Source of the DNA: a virus | IMG/VR virus record: IMGVR_UViG_3300028025_000004 | Location: 1 to 40,640 of that record | Strand: one strand, 5' to 3' | DNA length: 40,640 nucleotides | Shown: piece after piece, positions 22,445 through 33,264 of the stretch | Layout: every line of letters begins with the position of its first letter | How positions within the stretch are numbered: position 1 is the first letter of the stretch | The notes under the pieces: model-generated | What the model was told of the DNA's origin: nothing | Databases searched by the model: none | The model's input: the letters and a program-made list of their open reading frames with translations, nothing else | Program-made: the position numbers and the translations under genes

Positions 22445-24166
22445 ATGTCAATTCCTGAAGAGCAGAAAAATAAGCTGATCCAAAAACTTCTGAACTACCC
22501 GCTCATCGAGCACCCTTTGATGCCGGCTCCTGACCAGGAGCAGCGCCAGCAGATGATCGACAACGTGGGGCCCGAGGAAGTTATGCGGCTCTTTTTGATG
22601 CGCGAGCAGCGTGTGAAGGCTGAGCTTGGTGACCCTCACCGGTACGGCACTGAGCTTGCAGCGTGGAAGGATGCTGACGCACTACTCAACGAGCGGCCTG
22701 AGCTACTCATCCTTGGCGGGAACCGCGCCGGTAAGACTGAGTACGCTGCCAAACGGATTGCCCAGGCGTTTGTGGGAGTGGATTTGAATGGCTTTGCTCC
22801 TAACTGGGTGAAGGAGAAGTTCGGCAAGCGTAACCTCAATATCTGGTGTCTGCACACGACTAACATGACTAGTGTGTCCATGCAGCAGAATGTCTTTCAC
22901 AAGTATCTTCCACCGGAACTCAAGGAAGCCAAGCGCAACAAGCACACCCAGGTCAGTTGGACGCAGAAGAACGGCTTTTCGGACAACACGGCAGTCTACA
23001 ACGGCAACCAGATCTGGTTTCTTAACTACGCTCAGGACATTAAGGTCGTTGAAGGTGGCGAAGTAGACCTGGTCTGGTGCGATGAACTTGTGCCGGCTGA
23101 CTGGCTGGAGACGCTTCGTTACCGTTTGGTCACCCGCAACGGGAAACTGCTCGTTACCTTCACGCCGATTCTTGGCTACACACAGACCGTGAAGGAGTTT
23201 ATCTCCACAGCCAGGATCAAAAGTTGGAAGGAGAGTGAACTACTACCCAACAACAACGTCATCGGTGTACCAAAGGGAAATATGCCCTACACCGCGGAAG
23301 GCGTGTACGGGAAGCACAGTTGCATCTGGTTTCATTCAAAGCTAAATCCTTACAACAACTGGGAGCGGATGCAGCAGACACTCAAAGGCCGCAGTACCCA
23401 TGACATCAAGATTCGCGCTTATGGCTGGGCCGAGCAGACTGCCGGCAGTCAGTTTCCTATGTTCGGTGATCGGAACGTGTTCACCGATAGTGTCACCGAT
23501 AGATGCCCAGAAGGGACTAATTACATGGTGGCTGACCCGGCAGGAGCCCGAAACTGGTTTATGCTTTGGGCAAGAGTGGACAAGCACGGCACAATTTGGA
23601 TTTATCGCGAATGGCCGGATCAAAGCTACGGCGAATGGGCGCTGCCTAGTGACAAGGCTGACGGCAGGGCTGGACCTGCACAGAGAAGCGGAGCTGGTCG
23701 CGGAGTAAACGAGTACACTGAACTAGTCTGGAGCTTAGAAACACATGCTGACAAACGCGAGGAGATTGCGGAACGCTATATTGACCCAAGAAGCGCAGGC
23801 ACGGAGACCACAAGCAAGGAGGGTGGCGTTACACTGCTTGATTTGCTTTTGGACGCTAGTGAGCCTCTTTATTTTCTTCCTGCTGCTAGTGTGTCGGTGG
23901 ATGAACGTGTTTTAATTATCAACGACCTGTTGTGTTATGACAGGGAAGCTGACATTGATATTGAAAAAAACCATCCGCGGTTGATGGTGCATGAGAGTTG
24001 CCAGAACCTTATTTACTCTCTTAGAGAGTGGACAGGACATGATGGCCAGAAAGGGGCCTGCAAAGATCCCATTGACGCTCTTGGCTATCTTGTGGTAATG
24101 CAGCCTAGCCACACAGGACCATTAAACAAGCAGTGGCAAAGCGTTAATAAGTGCGGGAGCTATTAA
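22445..24166 (+). CDS. terL: Terminase large subunit
   Basis: 573 aa with Walker A LILGGNRAGKTE, Walker B-like VDLVWCDE, and a C-terminal nuclease-sized domain. It lies directly upstream of the portal-sized gene. Confidence 0.8.
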   Translation: MSIPEEQKNKLIQKLLNYPLIEHPLMPAPDQEQRQQMIDNVGPEEVMRLFLMREQRVKAELGDPHRYGTELAAWKDADALLNERPELLILGGNRAGKTEYAAKRIAQAFVGVDLNGFAPNWVKEKFGKRNLNIWCLHTTNMTSVSMQQNVFHKYLPPELKEAKRNKHTQVSWTQKNGFSDNTAVYNGNQIWFLNYAQDIKVVEGGEVDLVWCDELVPADWLETLRYRLVTRNGKLLVTFTPILGYTQTVKEFISTARIKSWKESELLPNNNVIGVPKGNMPYTAEGVYGKHSCIWFHSKLNPYNNWERMQQTLKGRSTHDIKIRAYGWAEQTAGSQFPMFGDRNVFTDSVTDRCPEGTNYMVADPAGARNWFMLWARVDKHGTIWIYREWPDQSYGEWALPSDKADGRAGPAQRSGAGRGVNEYTELVWSLETHADKREEIAERYIDPRSAGTETTSKEGGVTLLDLLLDASEPLYFLPAASVSVDERVLIINDLLCYDREADIDIEKNHPRLMVHESCQNLIYSLREWTGHDGQKGACKDPIDALGYLVVMQPSHTGPLNKQWQSVNKCGSY

Positions 24167-24169
24167 AGT

Positions 24170-26287
24170 ATGTTAAGAACCAACACTGATGTTCTGGCTA
24201 TCGCCTCAAAGAACCCGCATGTAGGCGAACTTTTGAGCGAGTACAACCGCGCCATGATCAATTCCAGTCAGGGAAATCTGGTCACCAAGTTCGACAATAT
24301 ACGCTTCTGCCGGTGGCCTGGGCAGACTGACGACGGTAAGAAACACTCTGAAAACCGCTCTAACGGTGACCCAGCGTGGCCATTTGAAGGTGCTTCTGAC
24401 GTCAGAACCCGCCTGATCGACGGCACTTGTAACGAGCTTACCGCTCTTCTTGTGGGAGCGTTTCAAAAGGCTGAGCTTCGTGCAAGTGGCATTGAGTTGA
24501 ATGACATGCCAATCTCTAGCATTGGCACTACTCTGCTTCGTTGGATTCGTGACTCCAAAATGCCGCAGCAGCTTTACAAGGAGGCAACCTTGGCTGCTCA
24601 GTACGCACTTCAGTACGGCTGGAGCGCCTTCTTTGTTGGCTGGCAGCAGAATATCAGTGTCCGCACTCAGGACATTTCCATGGAGCAGATCATGGGATTG
24701 GCCCAGCAATCTGGCAGTCAGGTGCTCATGGAGCTACCTAACTTGATTGTAGCTGCTCCTGAGCAGGCCGCGGAGATCATGCAGGCTGCTCTGCCTACAC
24801 TGAAAGCCTCTGATGCCAAGCGCATGGTTCGTGAACTTGCCGAAACCGGCATAACGACCATGGACGAGGAGTACGTCAGCAAGAACCTTCCTGAAATCGT
24901 TGCTCTTAAACCTTGGGATGAAATCATCTTTCCGCCTGAAACTGCTGATCTTCAGCGCAGCCGCGTTATCTTTCGCCGCACTTGGATGTCTGAGGTTGAG
25001 TTGCGTGAAAAAGTCACGACAGAAGGCTGGAATCCAGACTGGGTAGAGCGTGCGTTGCAGCAACTGGGCAAATCCAGCAGCTATTACAATATCAACCTGC
25101 TCCCGACTACCACCATGATGGTTTACAACGGTGTAAACTACATGAACATGGTGGAAGTGGTGTACTGCTACACCAAGAGCCTTGATGGTGATGCGCCGGC
25201 TATCTTTTACACTGTAATCTGCCCTCAGGCTGCAAGTAACCGCGTCTCTGACGGTGACTCTTGGGCTATTCACGAACGCCTCGACTACGCCCATGGCGAG
25301 TACCCGTTTGTGGAGTTCCGTCGTGAGCAAATTCGGAGAGCCGTGACGGATACACGCGGTATTCCTGAGCTTTCGCAGACCGATCAGGACGAGATTAAGG
25401 CTCAACACGACTCCATTCGTGACCATACAGCCTTCTCTACACTGCCTCCGATCAAGGTAGTTAAGCGTGTCGGTGCCATCAACAAGATTGGCCCAGGCGT
25501 ATCGCTGCCGGTTACCAACCAGAACGACTACACGTTTATGGAGCCGCCGGCTCGTGAACCTACCGTAGCGTTCAACCTGATCCAGCGCGTTGAGCAGCAG
25601 CACGCAGCCTACTTTGGCACCAACAACGCACTGGTAAATCCCATGACAACCCAGATGCTTCAACAGGCACTGGTCAACTCGTGGCTGCTATCGTGGCGCT
25701 CAGTGTTCCGGCAGATGTTCTCCCTGTGCTGCCAGTACATGCCGCCTGAAGAGATCCAGCGCATCACCGGCGGCGTGTTGCCGCAGAACCTGTCTGAGAT
25801 TCACAACGAGTTTGACATCAACGTCCGCTTTGACGTGATGAATTTGGACAAGGAATACATCGCACAGAAGGTGGACTTCCTGACCAAGATCAAACAAATG
25901 GACACGGGTGGCGTGCTTAACGCAAACCGGATTACTGAAATGCTCATTCAAGCCATTGCGCCAGAAATGGCCGGTGAGCTTATTATGAATCAAGAGCAGG
26001 CATCTCAGAAGATGTTTAAAGATGTTCAGAATGACATTGGCATGATGCTTCTGGGTAACGAGGCTCTTTATCAGGAGAACGATCCCGCGGCTCAGACGAA
26101 GATGCAGTTTGCGCAGCAGGTCATGCAGAACAACCCGAAGGCGCAGCAAGCCCTTCAAAGTGATCCCAACTTCCAAGCTCTCTTTGAGAACTATGTAAAA
26201 AGCCTTCAGATGAGCGTCATGCAGCAGCAAAACGCGCAGATTGGCCGTCTGGGAGTGACCCCATTACAGCAGCAGCCTGGGCAGTAA
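24170..26287 (+). CDS. Portal protein
   Basis: 705-aa ORF immediately after terL and before scaffold/capsid. Called from position and size. Confidence 0.7.
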   Translation: MLRTNTDVLAIASKNPHVGELLSEYNRAMINSSQGNLVTKFDNIRFCRWPGQTDDGKKHSENRSNGDPAWPFEGASDVRTRLIDGTCNELTALLVGAFQKAELRASGIELNDMPISSIGTTLLRWIRDSKMPQQLYKEATLAAQYALQYGWSAFFVGWQQNISVRTQDISMEQIMGLAQQSGSQVLMELPNLIVAAPEQAAEIMQAALPTLKASDAKRMVRELAETGITTMDEEYVSKNLPEIVALKPWDEIIFPPETADLQRSRVIFRRTWMSEVELREKVTTEGWNPDWVERALQQLGKSSSYYNINLLPTTTMMVYNGVNYMNMVEVVYCYTKSLDGDAPAIFYTVICPQAASNRVSDGDSWAIHERLDYAHGEYPFVEFRREQIRRAVTDTRGIPELSQTDQDEIKAQHDSIRDHTAFSTLPPIKVVKRVGAINKIGPGVSLPVTNQNDYTFMEPPAREPTVAFNLIQRVEQQHAAYFGTNNALVNPMTTQMLQQALVNSWLLSWRSVFRQMFSLCCQYMPPEEIQRITGGVLPQNLSEIHNEFDINVRFDVMNLDKEYIAQKVDFLTKIKQMDTGGVLNANRITEMLIQAIAPEMAGELIMNQEQASQKMFKDVQNDIGMMLLGNEALYQENDPAAQTKMQFAQQVMQNNPKAQQALQSDPNFQALFENYVKSLQMSVMQQQNAQIGRLGVTPLQQQPGQ

Positions 26288-26288
26288 T

Positions 26289-26540
26289 ATGACACAAAGC
26301 GAACGCGCAGCTTACGGGTTCTCAGGGAAGAACCACATGTGGGATCAGATCATCGAGACGATCCAACAGATGCAGGAACAGCTTTGGATGTCCGCGGTTG
26401 GAAACAACAACAAGGGTGAAGACCGTGTTCACGCTTGTGGCCAAGCCGATGGCGTTAATCTAGTTTACTCAACACTTTTAACATTAAGACAAGAAGCATT
26501 AAAACTAAATGGCTTGACTGAAGAAAAAGATTTGGCATAA
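26289..26540 (+). CDS. Hypothetical protein (83 aa)
   Basis: ORF starting 2 nt after the portal stop. Confidence 0.45.
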   Translation: MTQSERAAYGFSGKNHMWDQIIETIQQMQEQLWMSAVGNNNKGEDRVHACGQADGVNLVYSTLLTLRQEALKLNGLTEEKDLA

Positions 26541-26607
26541 CGCTAATAACGGGCCTACCAGCGTTACTGGTTTGTAATTAAAAAAGGACACTTGCGACCT
26601 TAACCGC

Positions 26608-27588
26608 ATGAACGAAAACGAAGCACAGCCTGATTCCGGGGATCAGGAGGCAGAAGCAAGTCCCGTTGCTCAAAAACTCGGTTTAATGGACGAAAGAGGT
26701 CTTAGCGATCTTCTTAAATCCACTTTCCTTAACGAGGAGGAGACGGCTCCGGTCACACAGGAGCAGGAACCGGAAGAAGTGGTGGATTCCTCTGGCGAGG
26801 ACGATCAGCCTACTGAAGACGATTCCGAACCGCACGAAAGTAGTTCTTTGACCAAGGGTGTCCAGAAACGCATCAACAAATTAGTTGCTGCGAAGAAGGC
26901 TGCCCAATCTGAACTTGAAGCGCAGAAAGCGCAGTTGGCACAGCTTCAACAGGAACTTGAGTCTGCAAAGGCTTCTGTACCTGTAAAACAGCAGGACCAA
27001 ACTGACTTTGCAGAAGGGCTGAATACCTTTGACCAGGTTAAGGCTGAGTATGACAAAGCAGTGGAAGTACTACTGTGGTGCGAAGACAACATGGATGGAG
27101 GCGTCATTACCTTGCCTGACGGCACGGAACATGAGCTTTCAGACAATGAAGTCCGAGCAATGAAGCGCACGGCAATGAAGCGCAAAGAAATCGAGCTTCC
27201 TGCACGTCTAAACTATCTGCAACAACAGACACAGGTGGATGCACAGGTTGCTGTTGATTTTCCTTGGTGGGGAAAACCGGAGACTGAGGAGTACCAAGTT
27301 GCTCAACAGATTATCCGTGATTTCCCAGAGCTTAAAAGACGCAGGGCAGACTGGAAGCATCTAGCTGGGTTGGTTGTTTTGGGAGCAAAAGCGTATGCCG
27401 ATCAAAAGGCAAAAGCCAAGACTCAAGCACAGCCGATTCGCAGAGCACCCTTTCAGCCTGGCGTTACAAAGGCTCCGCCAGCACGCACTTCAGCATCAGA
27501 TGAGACAAAGGCTAAACAGCAGTTTGCAAAAACTGGTGGCAGTCGTGACGGCTTAACCGACTTGGTAAAAGCAATGAACTTTGTTTAG
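26608..27588 (+). CDS. Scaffolding protein (putative)
   Basis: Acidic N-terminus, long helical/coiled-coil Q/E/K/A-rich body, located between portal and capsid genes. Confidence 0.6.
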   Translation: MNENEAQPDSGDQEAEASPVAQKLGLMDERGLSDLLKSTFLNEEETAPVTQEQEPEEVVDSSGEDDQPTEDDSEPHESSSLTKGVQKRINKLVAAKKAAQSELEAQKAQLAQLQQELESAKASVPVKQQDQTDFAEGLNTFDQVKAEYDKAVEVLLWCEDNMDGGVITLPDGTEHELSDNEVRAMKRTAMKRKEIELPARLNYLQQQTQVDAQVAVDFPWWGKPETEEYQVAQQIIRDFPELKRRRADWKHLAGLVVLGAKAYADQKAKAKTQAQPIRRAPFQPGVTKAPPARTSASDETKAKQQFAKTGGSRDGLTDLVKAMNFV

Positions 27589-27622
27589 TTCACGCAGTCA
27601 AACGCAGTAACCTCATTTATTT

Positions 27623-28705
27623 ATGCCCGTACTTACAGAACCCAATCTCTCCGGTCGCGGTAAACGCGAAGACTTGATGGACATGATCGCCTTGGTGGAC
27701 GCCAAGGACACGCCGTTTACGTCCATGGCAAAAAAGGGCTCCAAGCCCGGCAATATGTTCTTCCGCTGGCAGTCCGACAGCCTTCCGACTCCTGAAGTTG
27801 GCGGCGTACCGGACGGTCTTGACGTCAACCTTGTGAGCGGTGTCAGCAACTACGTTGTTGGATATCGCGCTGAGTTGGCCAACTACGCTCAGGTCTACCG
27901 CCGCGCAGTCCGCGTTTCCAAACTCACTCAGGACATTGCTGATGTCGCTGGTGTGCGTGATGAACTGGCTGACAACGTGGCCAAGGCAATCACTGGAATC
28001 AAGCGTGACATGGAAGTCACGATGACCTCCAATCAGGTGTCTCAGATCGACACTGGCAACCAGACTCAGGCTTACCGCACCGCGGGAGCACAGACCTGGA
28101 TCAGCAACGCCGGCACTGGCACTCCGACTCCTGGTGACATTCCCTCTATCTTCCGCACTCCTACGACTTCCATCGTTGGCAGCGGAACGGCACTGGGAAC
28201 GTCCTTGACGGACACCGCTGTGCAGGGCCTACTCAAGTCGATCTTCGATCAGACCGGTCACTACACCTCCTTCGACTGCATCGTTGGGACGGACCTCAAG
28301 CGTGCTTTCACCAGCCTGCTCGGGACCACTTCCCTGACGACCACCTCGACTGTTGGCGTTACCGGAGCTGGCGCAACGAAGGTGCAGACCTTCCAGCGTG
28401 ACGCTGCCGCGGACACTTACATCCAGTCGCTGGACGTGTTCCAAGGCGATTTCGGCACGGTGCGCTTGCATCCGACCACCTTTATCGGCACGGTTGGTGG
28501 CAGCCCGTTCGTGTGGACTCCCACTCCCTACAAGGGTTTGGTGCTCGACATGAACCTCATCGAAGTTCGTTACGGTGGCAACGTGGCTCAGGTCACTGCA
28601 CTGTCCGACAACGGTGGTGGTCCTGGCCGTTTGATCGAAGCAGTTGCTGGTCTGGTTGTCGGGAACCCGCTGGGTCTCGGCAAGTTTGACTACAACGCTG
28701 CTTAG
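27623..28705 (+). CDS. Major capsid protein (putative)
   Basis: 360-aa ORF after the scaffold gene, with T/G/V-rich composition typical of HK97-fold capsids. Positional inference. Confidence 0.7.
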   Translation: MPVLTEPNLSGRGKREDLMDMIALVDAKDTPFTSMAKKGSKPGNMFFRWQSDSLPTPEVGGVPDGLDVNLVSGVSNYVVGYRAELANYAQVYRRAVRVSKLTQDIADVAGVRDELADNVAKAITGIKRDMEVTMTSNQVSQIDTGNQTQAYRTAGAQTWISNAGTGTPTPGDIPSIFRTPTTSIVGSGTALGTSLTDTAVQGLLKSIFDQTGHYTSFDCIVGTDLKRAFTSLLGTTSLTTTSTVGVTGAGATKVQTFQRDAAADTYIQSLDVFQGDFGTVRLHPTTFIGTVGGSPFVWTPTPYKGLVLDMNLIEVRYGGNVAQVTALSDNGGGPGRLIEAVAGLVVGNPLGLGKFDYNAA

Positions 28706-28763
28706 TCTTGATTGGAGACACCTGCCTAGTGGTGTGACAGCCGGGAGAGACCGGCACATTTTT

Positions 28764-29000
28764 ATGACCGTACTTCCTATTCCGATAATCCCAACATTAA
28801 TTCAGCGCTACACTGGCGTACAGGCTCCTGCAAACTTGGTGGCACTAGCCAACAGGAAGCCCGCTTCCAGCGGCCCTGAAGGTACAGATGGCTCGGCTAT
28901 GCCAGCGGACAAGATCAGCCCATACAGTGGCATCTATGACGCACAGGGCAGGCTTCCTCGTGTTCCAGGCCCAGGTACAACCTTCATGGCTCGCGTATGA
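28764..29000 (+). CDS. Hypothetical protein (78 aa)
   Basis: Internal ATG of track ORF 28644..29000; the upstream portion overlaps the capsid gene. Confidence 0.4.
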   Translation: MTVLPIPIIPTLIQRYTGVQAPANLVALANRKPASSGPEGTDGSAMPADKISPYSGIYDAQGRLPRVPGPGTTFMARV

Positions 29001-29320
29001 TTAACATTCCAGACAATCTGGTTGGGCAGCTTGAGAAGGAGCTTCGTGAAGGCTGGGAGCGCAATAAGGTTGAGGCTAGAGCGCAAGCCAAGCAAATCGC
29101 GAAGCTCAATAAAGAACGGCACAAGTCTATTGATGGACTCGGCCAAAAGATTGCCACTATCCCTGGCACTGCATACCATTTCTGGGGCCAAAAACTTGGC
29201 TACGGATGCTGGAATGACAAAGCATTCATGGACGAGTTCTTGCGTGACAATCCTGAATGCAGGGTAAATAGTGGCGGTGTCAAAGAAATTAGTGTAGGGT
29301 GGACGCCTCCTAGCAAATGA
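28997..29320 (+). CDS. Hypothetical protein (107 aa)
   Basis: ORF with ATGA-type coupling to both neighbours. Confidence 0.5.
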   Translation: MINIPDNLVGQLEKELREGWERNKVEARAQAKQIAKLNKERHKSIDGLGQKIATIPGTAYHFWGQKLGYGCWNDKAFMDEFLRDNPECRVNSGGVKEISVGWTPPSK

Positions 29321-30513
29321 AGACAGTACCATTTAGCGCAATTCTAGCAGAGTCATGCCAGCTTATTGGCTTGGATCGGAATACGCTAAATGACAAGTCG
29401 TTTGCAGCTATCCGCGATTTTACTAATCGCCGGTTAAGCATGATTTGGGATCGGGAAGATTGGCCCGATATTCAGGACATTACTCAGCTTTGGCCTGGCA
29501 CTCGCATCAGCAATGTGGTGGCTGATCCGATTGAGCTACTCACTGAAGCAGGAAACGAGCTTCTCCAAGAGGATAGTCAGCCTCTGTACACGCAGAATGC
29601 AGAGGACACGATTCCTGTCGTTATCACGCTTGATCCAATATATCCGCGGGTATACCTAAGGGACTTCTCTGAGCAGGCTTGGCAGAAGGGGACGATTGGC
29701 GAGTCAAACGTCAACATCATCAACCCGTTTTTCATTCTTAAAGAGGACGGGACTTTGTCTTCTGCTGGTGCCACTCAGTACACGTTTGCGTTTACGGTTG
29801 GTGATGAAACAACTGATCCGTATATCACCTCGATCACGATTCAGATGCCTTGGGGCACTCCTCAGTGGACTGCCATTAGTGGTTCAACGCTGGAGTTTGT
29901 GAACAACCCACAACCTCTTGCAGTGGTGGCCGGGCAAGCTATCGGATGCTGGACGCACGATCCACGCAAGGGCACCAGAGGCCGGGATGAGTCGTTCATC
30001 GTGGAAAACATGCCAAATCTGGACATCAACACTAACTCGACAATGCAGATGTTGAGTCAGGATTTGTTTGTTCTGAGGTTTCCTAACTTTGCTACGAAGT
30101 TCGTGCTACTCCGGCAGACTGCTCCGTTCCTGTTTGGTACTAGGTACGATGCTACATTGGCTTACTCTGCTGGCTCGCAGGTTTACTATGATCCAGGTCA
30201 GGGCAGCTCTGCATACAATCCTCCCAGCAAGAACCTGCCTGTGGCTGGAAATTTCTGGAATGCCTATGCTTCTGCTCCCATCGGTGTGCTGCCGGCAAAC
30301 CCAAGCACCTCATGGGCGTTAAGTGAAATTCCGTTCAGGTTTAAGGGCTACCTTGTGAATTCAGTGTCTGCGGACTTCCTGCGCTCTGAAGGCAGGGCAA
30401 CGGAGGCTGACTCGCTTGATGGCATGGCTGAGTTTGCCTTGCAGCAGCAAATTGATGTGCTTATCCGTCAGCAGGGTCAGATTCAGCGGATGAACATGGT
30501 GTACACTTATTAA
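29317..30513 (+). CDS. Hypothetical head-tail/tail structural protein (398 aa)
   Basis: Large ORF between the capsid and tail-fibre genes. Positional inference only. Confidence 0.5.
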   Translation: MKTVPFSAILAESCQLIGLDRNTLNDKSFAAIRDFTNRRLSMIWDREDWPDIQDITQLWPGTRISNVVADPIELLTEAGNELLQEDSQPLYTQNAEDTIPVVITLDPIYPRVYLRDFSEQAWQKGTIGESNVNIINPFFILKEDGTLSSAGATQYTFAFTVGDETTDPYITSITIQMPWGTPQWTAISGSTLEFVNNPQPLAVVAGQAIGCWTHDPRKGTRGRDESFIVENMPNLDINTNSTMQMLSQDLFVLRFPNFATKFVLLRQTAPFLFGTRYDATLAYSAGSQVYYDPGQGSSAYNPPSKNLPVAGNFWNAYASAPIGVLPANPSTSWALSEIPFRFKGYLVNSVSADFLRSEGRATEADSLDGMAEFALQQQIDVLIRQQGQIQRMNMVYTY

Positions 30514-30515
30514 GC

Positions 30516-30719
30516 ATGATCACCAAATACATCAGGAAGAGGAATCAAGATCCTTCAAAAGCATTCAATAAAAACTTTGCCAGAATACAGGTTTCTGGTA
30601 ATGAACAGACTTTCAGGTTTAAGAAAACAGCTACCGCACCTGTTGGAGTTGATTATCTGGCTACTGAGGCTGGGTTTAGGCTTACCACTGAAGGCGGACT
30701 TAATTTGACTCTAGGCTAA
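30516..30719 (+). CDS. Hypothetical protein (67 aa)
   Basis: ORF tightly packed before the tail fibre. Confidence 0.4.
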   Translation: MITKYIRKRNQDPSKAFNKNFARIQVSGNEQTFRFKKTATAPVGVDYLATEAGFRLTTEGGLNLTLG

Positions 30720-30720
30720 T

Positions 30721-33261
30721 ATGGGCGACAAAATCTCTCAGCTTCCAGCAGCAACATCAGTAGACGGAACGGAAATCGTCCCAATCGTCCAGGGTGGAGC
30801 AACCAAGAAGGTAACCGGTCTTATCCTGCGCAATCCCGCTGGACCTGCAAGCGGCGATCTGACCGGCAACTACCCGAACCCAACGCTGGCAGCCATTACA
30901 ACGGCACAAACAGTCGGAAGTGCAACCCAGGTTCCAGTCGTCACCGTTGATGCCAAAGGACGTGTTACAACCCTGACAACCGCAGCCAATCCTCAGGGCA
31001 CTGTAACCAGTGTCGTGGGTGGCACGGGACTCACAGGTGGCACGATCACTTCCACGGGAACGCTGGCGGTTAGCTACGGCACTACAGCCGGCACTGCTGC
31101 ACAAGGCAACGACGCTCGCCTGTCTGATTCGCGCATTCCTACTGGAGCAGCAGGTGGTGATTTGGATGGCACTTATCCGAACCCAACGCTTGCAGCAGTC
31201 ACAACTGCACAGAGCAACATTGGCACTGGAACACAAATTCCTGTGATCAGCGTGGATGCCAAGGGGCGTGTGACTGCGTTATCGAGCGTGGCTGTGTCTG
31301 CTCCAACGGATGCGATCACTGCTCTTACCGGCGATGTCACTGCTGCTGGCCCAGGTTCGGCAGTGTCCACGTTGGCAACCATCACGACTGCTCAGACCAA
31401 TGTTGGGAGCAGCACAACAATACCGATTCTTAGCGTTGACGCTAAGGGTCGCGTTACCGCACTTGGAAGCACTCCAGTTGCCGGTTCTGCTGGCGGCACG
31501 GTGACCAGCATTACGGCTGGCACTGGCCTGTCTGGCGGCACGATTACAGCCTCTGGAACATTAACAGTCAACTACGGGACAACTGCTGGCACAGCCGCGG
31601 AAGGCAATGATAGTCGTTTGTCTGATTCGAGGACTCCATCTGGAGCCGCTGGAGGTGACTTAACTGGTACTTATCCAAACCCAACACTTGCTACTGTTAC
31701 CACGGCTCAAACCGCGGTTGGCAATTCGACCACAATTCCGGTTATTACGGTTAACGCTAAGGGGCAGATTACTGCGCTCACGACTGCTGCCGCTGCTGGT
31801 GGAGTTGCTCTGGCCACCACTGCTCCTGCAAACTTGGCTTCCACTGCCGCAGTTGGCACAGGAACCACAGCAGCAAGGGATGACCATCAGCACGCTTTCC
31901 CCTCTGCTTCTGACGTTGGAGCACTTGGAGCCACTGCATCTGCTGGTGGTGACCTGACTGGAAACTACCCAAACCCAACACTTGCTGCTGTTACTACAGC
32001 ACAAAGCAATGTGGGCAGCAGTACTCAGATTCCTGTCATTAGCGTTGATGCTAAAGGGCGTGTAACTGCACTTTCAAGTATCGCTGCTGCTGGTGGAGTT
32101 GCGTTAGCCACTACTGCTCCTGCAAATCTTGCATCTGTTGCTGCGGTAGGAACAGGAACAACGGCGGCCCGCTCCGACCATCAGCACGCCTTTCCTACTG
32201 CATCGCAGGTTGGCGCTCTTGGGGCTACCGCTGCGGCAGGTGGCGACTTAACAGGAAACTACCCAAACCCGACGTTAAACACTGTCTCTGTGGACAAAGG
32301 AGGTACTGGACAGACAACCTACACGGATGGTCAGCTTCTTATTGGCAACAGCACTGGCAACACGCTTACTAAAACCACTCTCACGGCAGGTGGAAATATC
32401 GCAATCACAAATGGGCCTGGCTCAATTACTATTTCAGCAAGTTTTCAATCGGAAGTTTTAGTAGTTGCGGGCGGCGGAGGTGGAGGCAGTGGTGGATCTG
32501 CTCTACGTGCTGCTGGCGGCGGGGCTGGTGGGTGCATTGATTTGCCCGTCCAATTTAATTTTGGCAATACCTATTCGATTGTAATCGGTGGCGGCGGGCC
32601 AGGAGCACCAAACAATGCAACATTGCCAAACGTTGGCAATGGAGTTGCCTCAAGTATATCTGGCTTTGGAATCACAACGCTCACGGCAATTGGTGGAGGC
32701 GGAGCTGGGCAAGGCTATACCAATACAACCGCCAATCAATTAGGCGCGTCTGGTGGATCAGGAGGAGGAGGAGGAACAAACCAATCGTCTGTCTCTGGCA
32801 CATGGGCTGGTGGCTCTGGCACATCTGGACAAGGCTTTGCTGGCGGGACTGGGCAGCATTCCGTCCCAACTTGGGCAACTGGCGGCGGCGGTGGTGGTGC
32901 CACAGGGGTTGGTGTATCTCCAATAGCAGCAACCACTTTGCCAAACGGTGGTGCTGGCCTAAATTGGAAATCTCTTGGGTCTTTTTACGCTGGAGGAGGA
33001 GGCGGTGCTGGTACAAACCCTGTGACAGGGCTTGGTGGCGCAGGTGGTGGTGGAAATGGCAACCCATCTGGTGCTGGTGTTGCTGGCACAATTAACACTG
33101 GCGGAGGTGGTGGCGGCGGTGGTTCGACGGGAGGTGCTGGAGGATCAGGAATTGTAATTATTCGATACCTTGGATCTCAAAAAGCCACTGGCGGGACGAT
33201 TACATCCGCAGGTGGGTATACTTATCACACATTTACAACATCAGGCAATTTTACCACTTGA
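30721..33261 (+). CDS. Tail fibre protein with six GDLTGxYPNPTL-type modules and a Gly-rich C-terminal domain
   Basis: N-terminal KISQLPAATSVDGTEIVPIVQGGATKKV fibre-anchor motif, internal repeats, and a poly-Gly/GGxGG C-terminal domain ending GGSGIVIIRY. Confidence 0.75.
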   Translation: MGDKISQLPAATSVDGTEIVPIVQGGATKKVTGLILRNPAGPASGDLTGNYPNPTLAAITTAQTVGSATQVPVVTVDAKGRVTTLTTAANPQGTVTSVVGGTGLTGGTITSTGTLAVSYGTTAGTAAQGNDARLSDSRIPTGAAGGDLDGTYPNPTLAAVTTAQSNIGTGTQIPVISVDAKGRVTALSSVAVSAPTDAITALTGDVTAAGPGSAVSTLATITTAQTNVGSSTTIPILSVDAKGRVTALGSTPVAGSAGGTVTSITAGTGLSGGTITASGTLTVNYGTTAGTAAEGNDSRLSDSRTPSGAAGGDLTGTYPNPTLATVTTAQTAVGNSTTIPVITVNAKGQITALTTAAAAGGVALATTAPANLASTAAVGTGTTAARDDHQHAFPSASDVGALGATASAGGDLTGNYPNPTLAAVTTAQSNVGSSTQIPVISVDAKGRVTALSSIAAAGGVALATTAPANLASVAAVGTGTTAARSDHQHAFPTASQVGALGATAAAGGDLTGNYPNPTLNTVSVDKGGTGQTTYTDGQLLIGNSTGNTLTKTTLTAGGNIAITNGPGSITISASFQSEVLVVAGGGGGGSGGSALRAAGGGAGGCIDLPVQFNFGNTYSIVIGGGGPGAPNNATLPNVGNGVASSISGFGITTLTAIGGGGAGQGYTNTTANQLGASGGSGGGGGTNQSSVSGTWAGGSGTSGQGFAGGTGQHSVPTWATGGGGGGATGVGVSPIAATTLPNGGAGLNWKSLGSFYAGGGGGAGTNPVTGLGGAGGGGNGNPSGAGVAGTINTGGGGGGGGSTGGAGGSGIVIIRYLGSQKATGGTITSAGGYTYHTFTTSGNFTT
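30853..32277 (+). repeat. Intragenic protein-module repeats (GDLTGxYPNPTLAxxTTAQ..G..T.IPV..VDAKGRVTAL), including two exact-period 294-nt tandem units at 31654-31947 and 31948-32241
   Basis: Module starts located at 30853, about 31159, 31654, 31948 and 32242, plus a variant lacking GDLTG around 31370. The 294-nt spacing was checked on the nucleotide sequence. Confidence 0.8.
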
Positions 33262-33264
33262 TTT

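Noticed and set aside
24206-26230. Long minus-strand ORFs antisense to the portal gene (24206..24709, 24734..25663 of 309 aa, 25700..26230). Similar antisense ORFs overlap the capsid (28229..28759), the exonuclease (11110..11565), the SSB-like gene (7366..7842) and the lysis region (34820..35383).
   Set aside because: They are fully contained in confident plus-strand genes, have Leu/Arg/Val/His-rich antisense-type composition, and lack motifs. This genome evidently produces long off-frame ORFs readily.
30721-33261. Diversity-generating retroelement acting on the repeat-rich tail fibre.
   Set aside because: No reverse transcriptase ORF and no template-repeat/variable-repeat pair with adenine-specific mismatches were seen. 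The repeats are in-frame protein modules.
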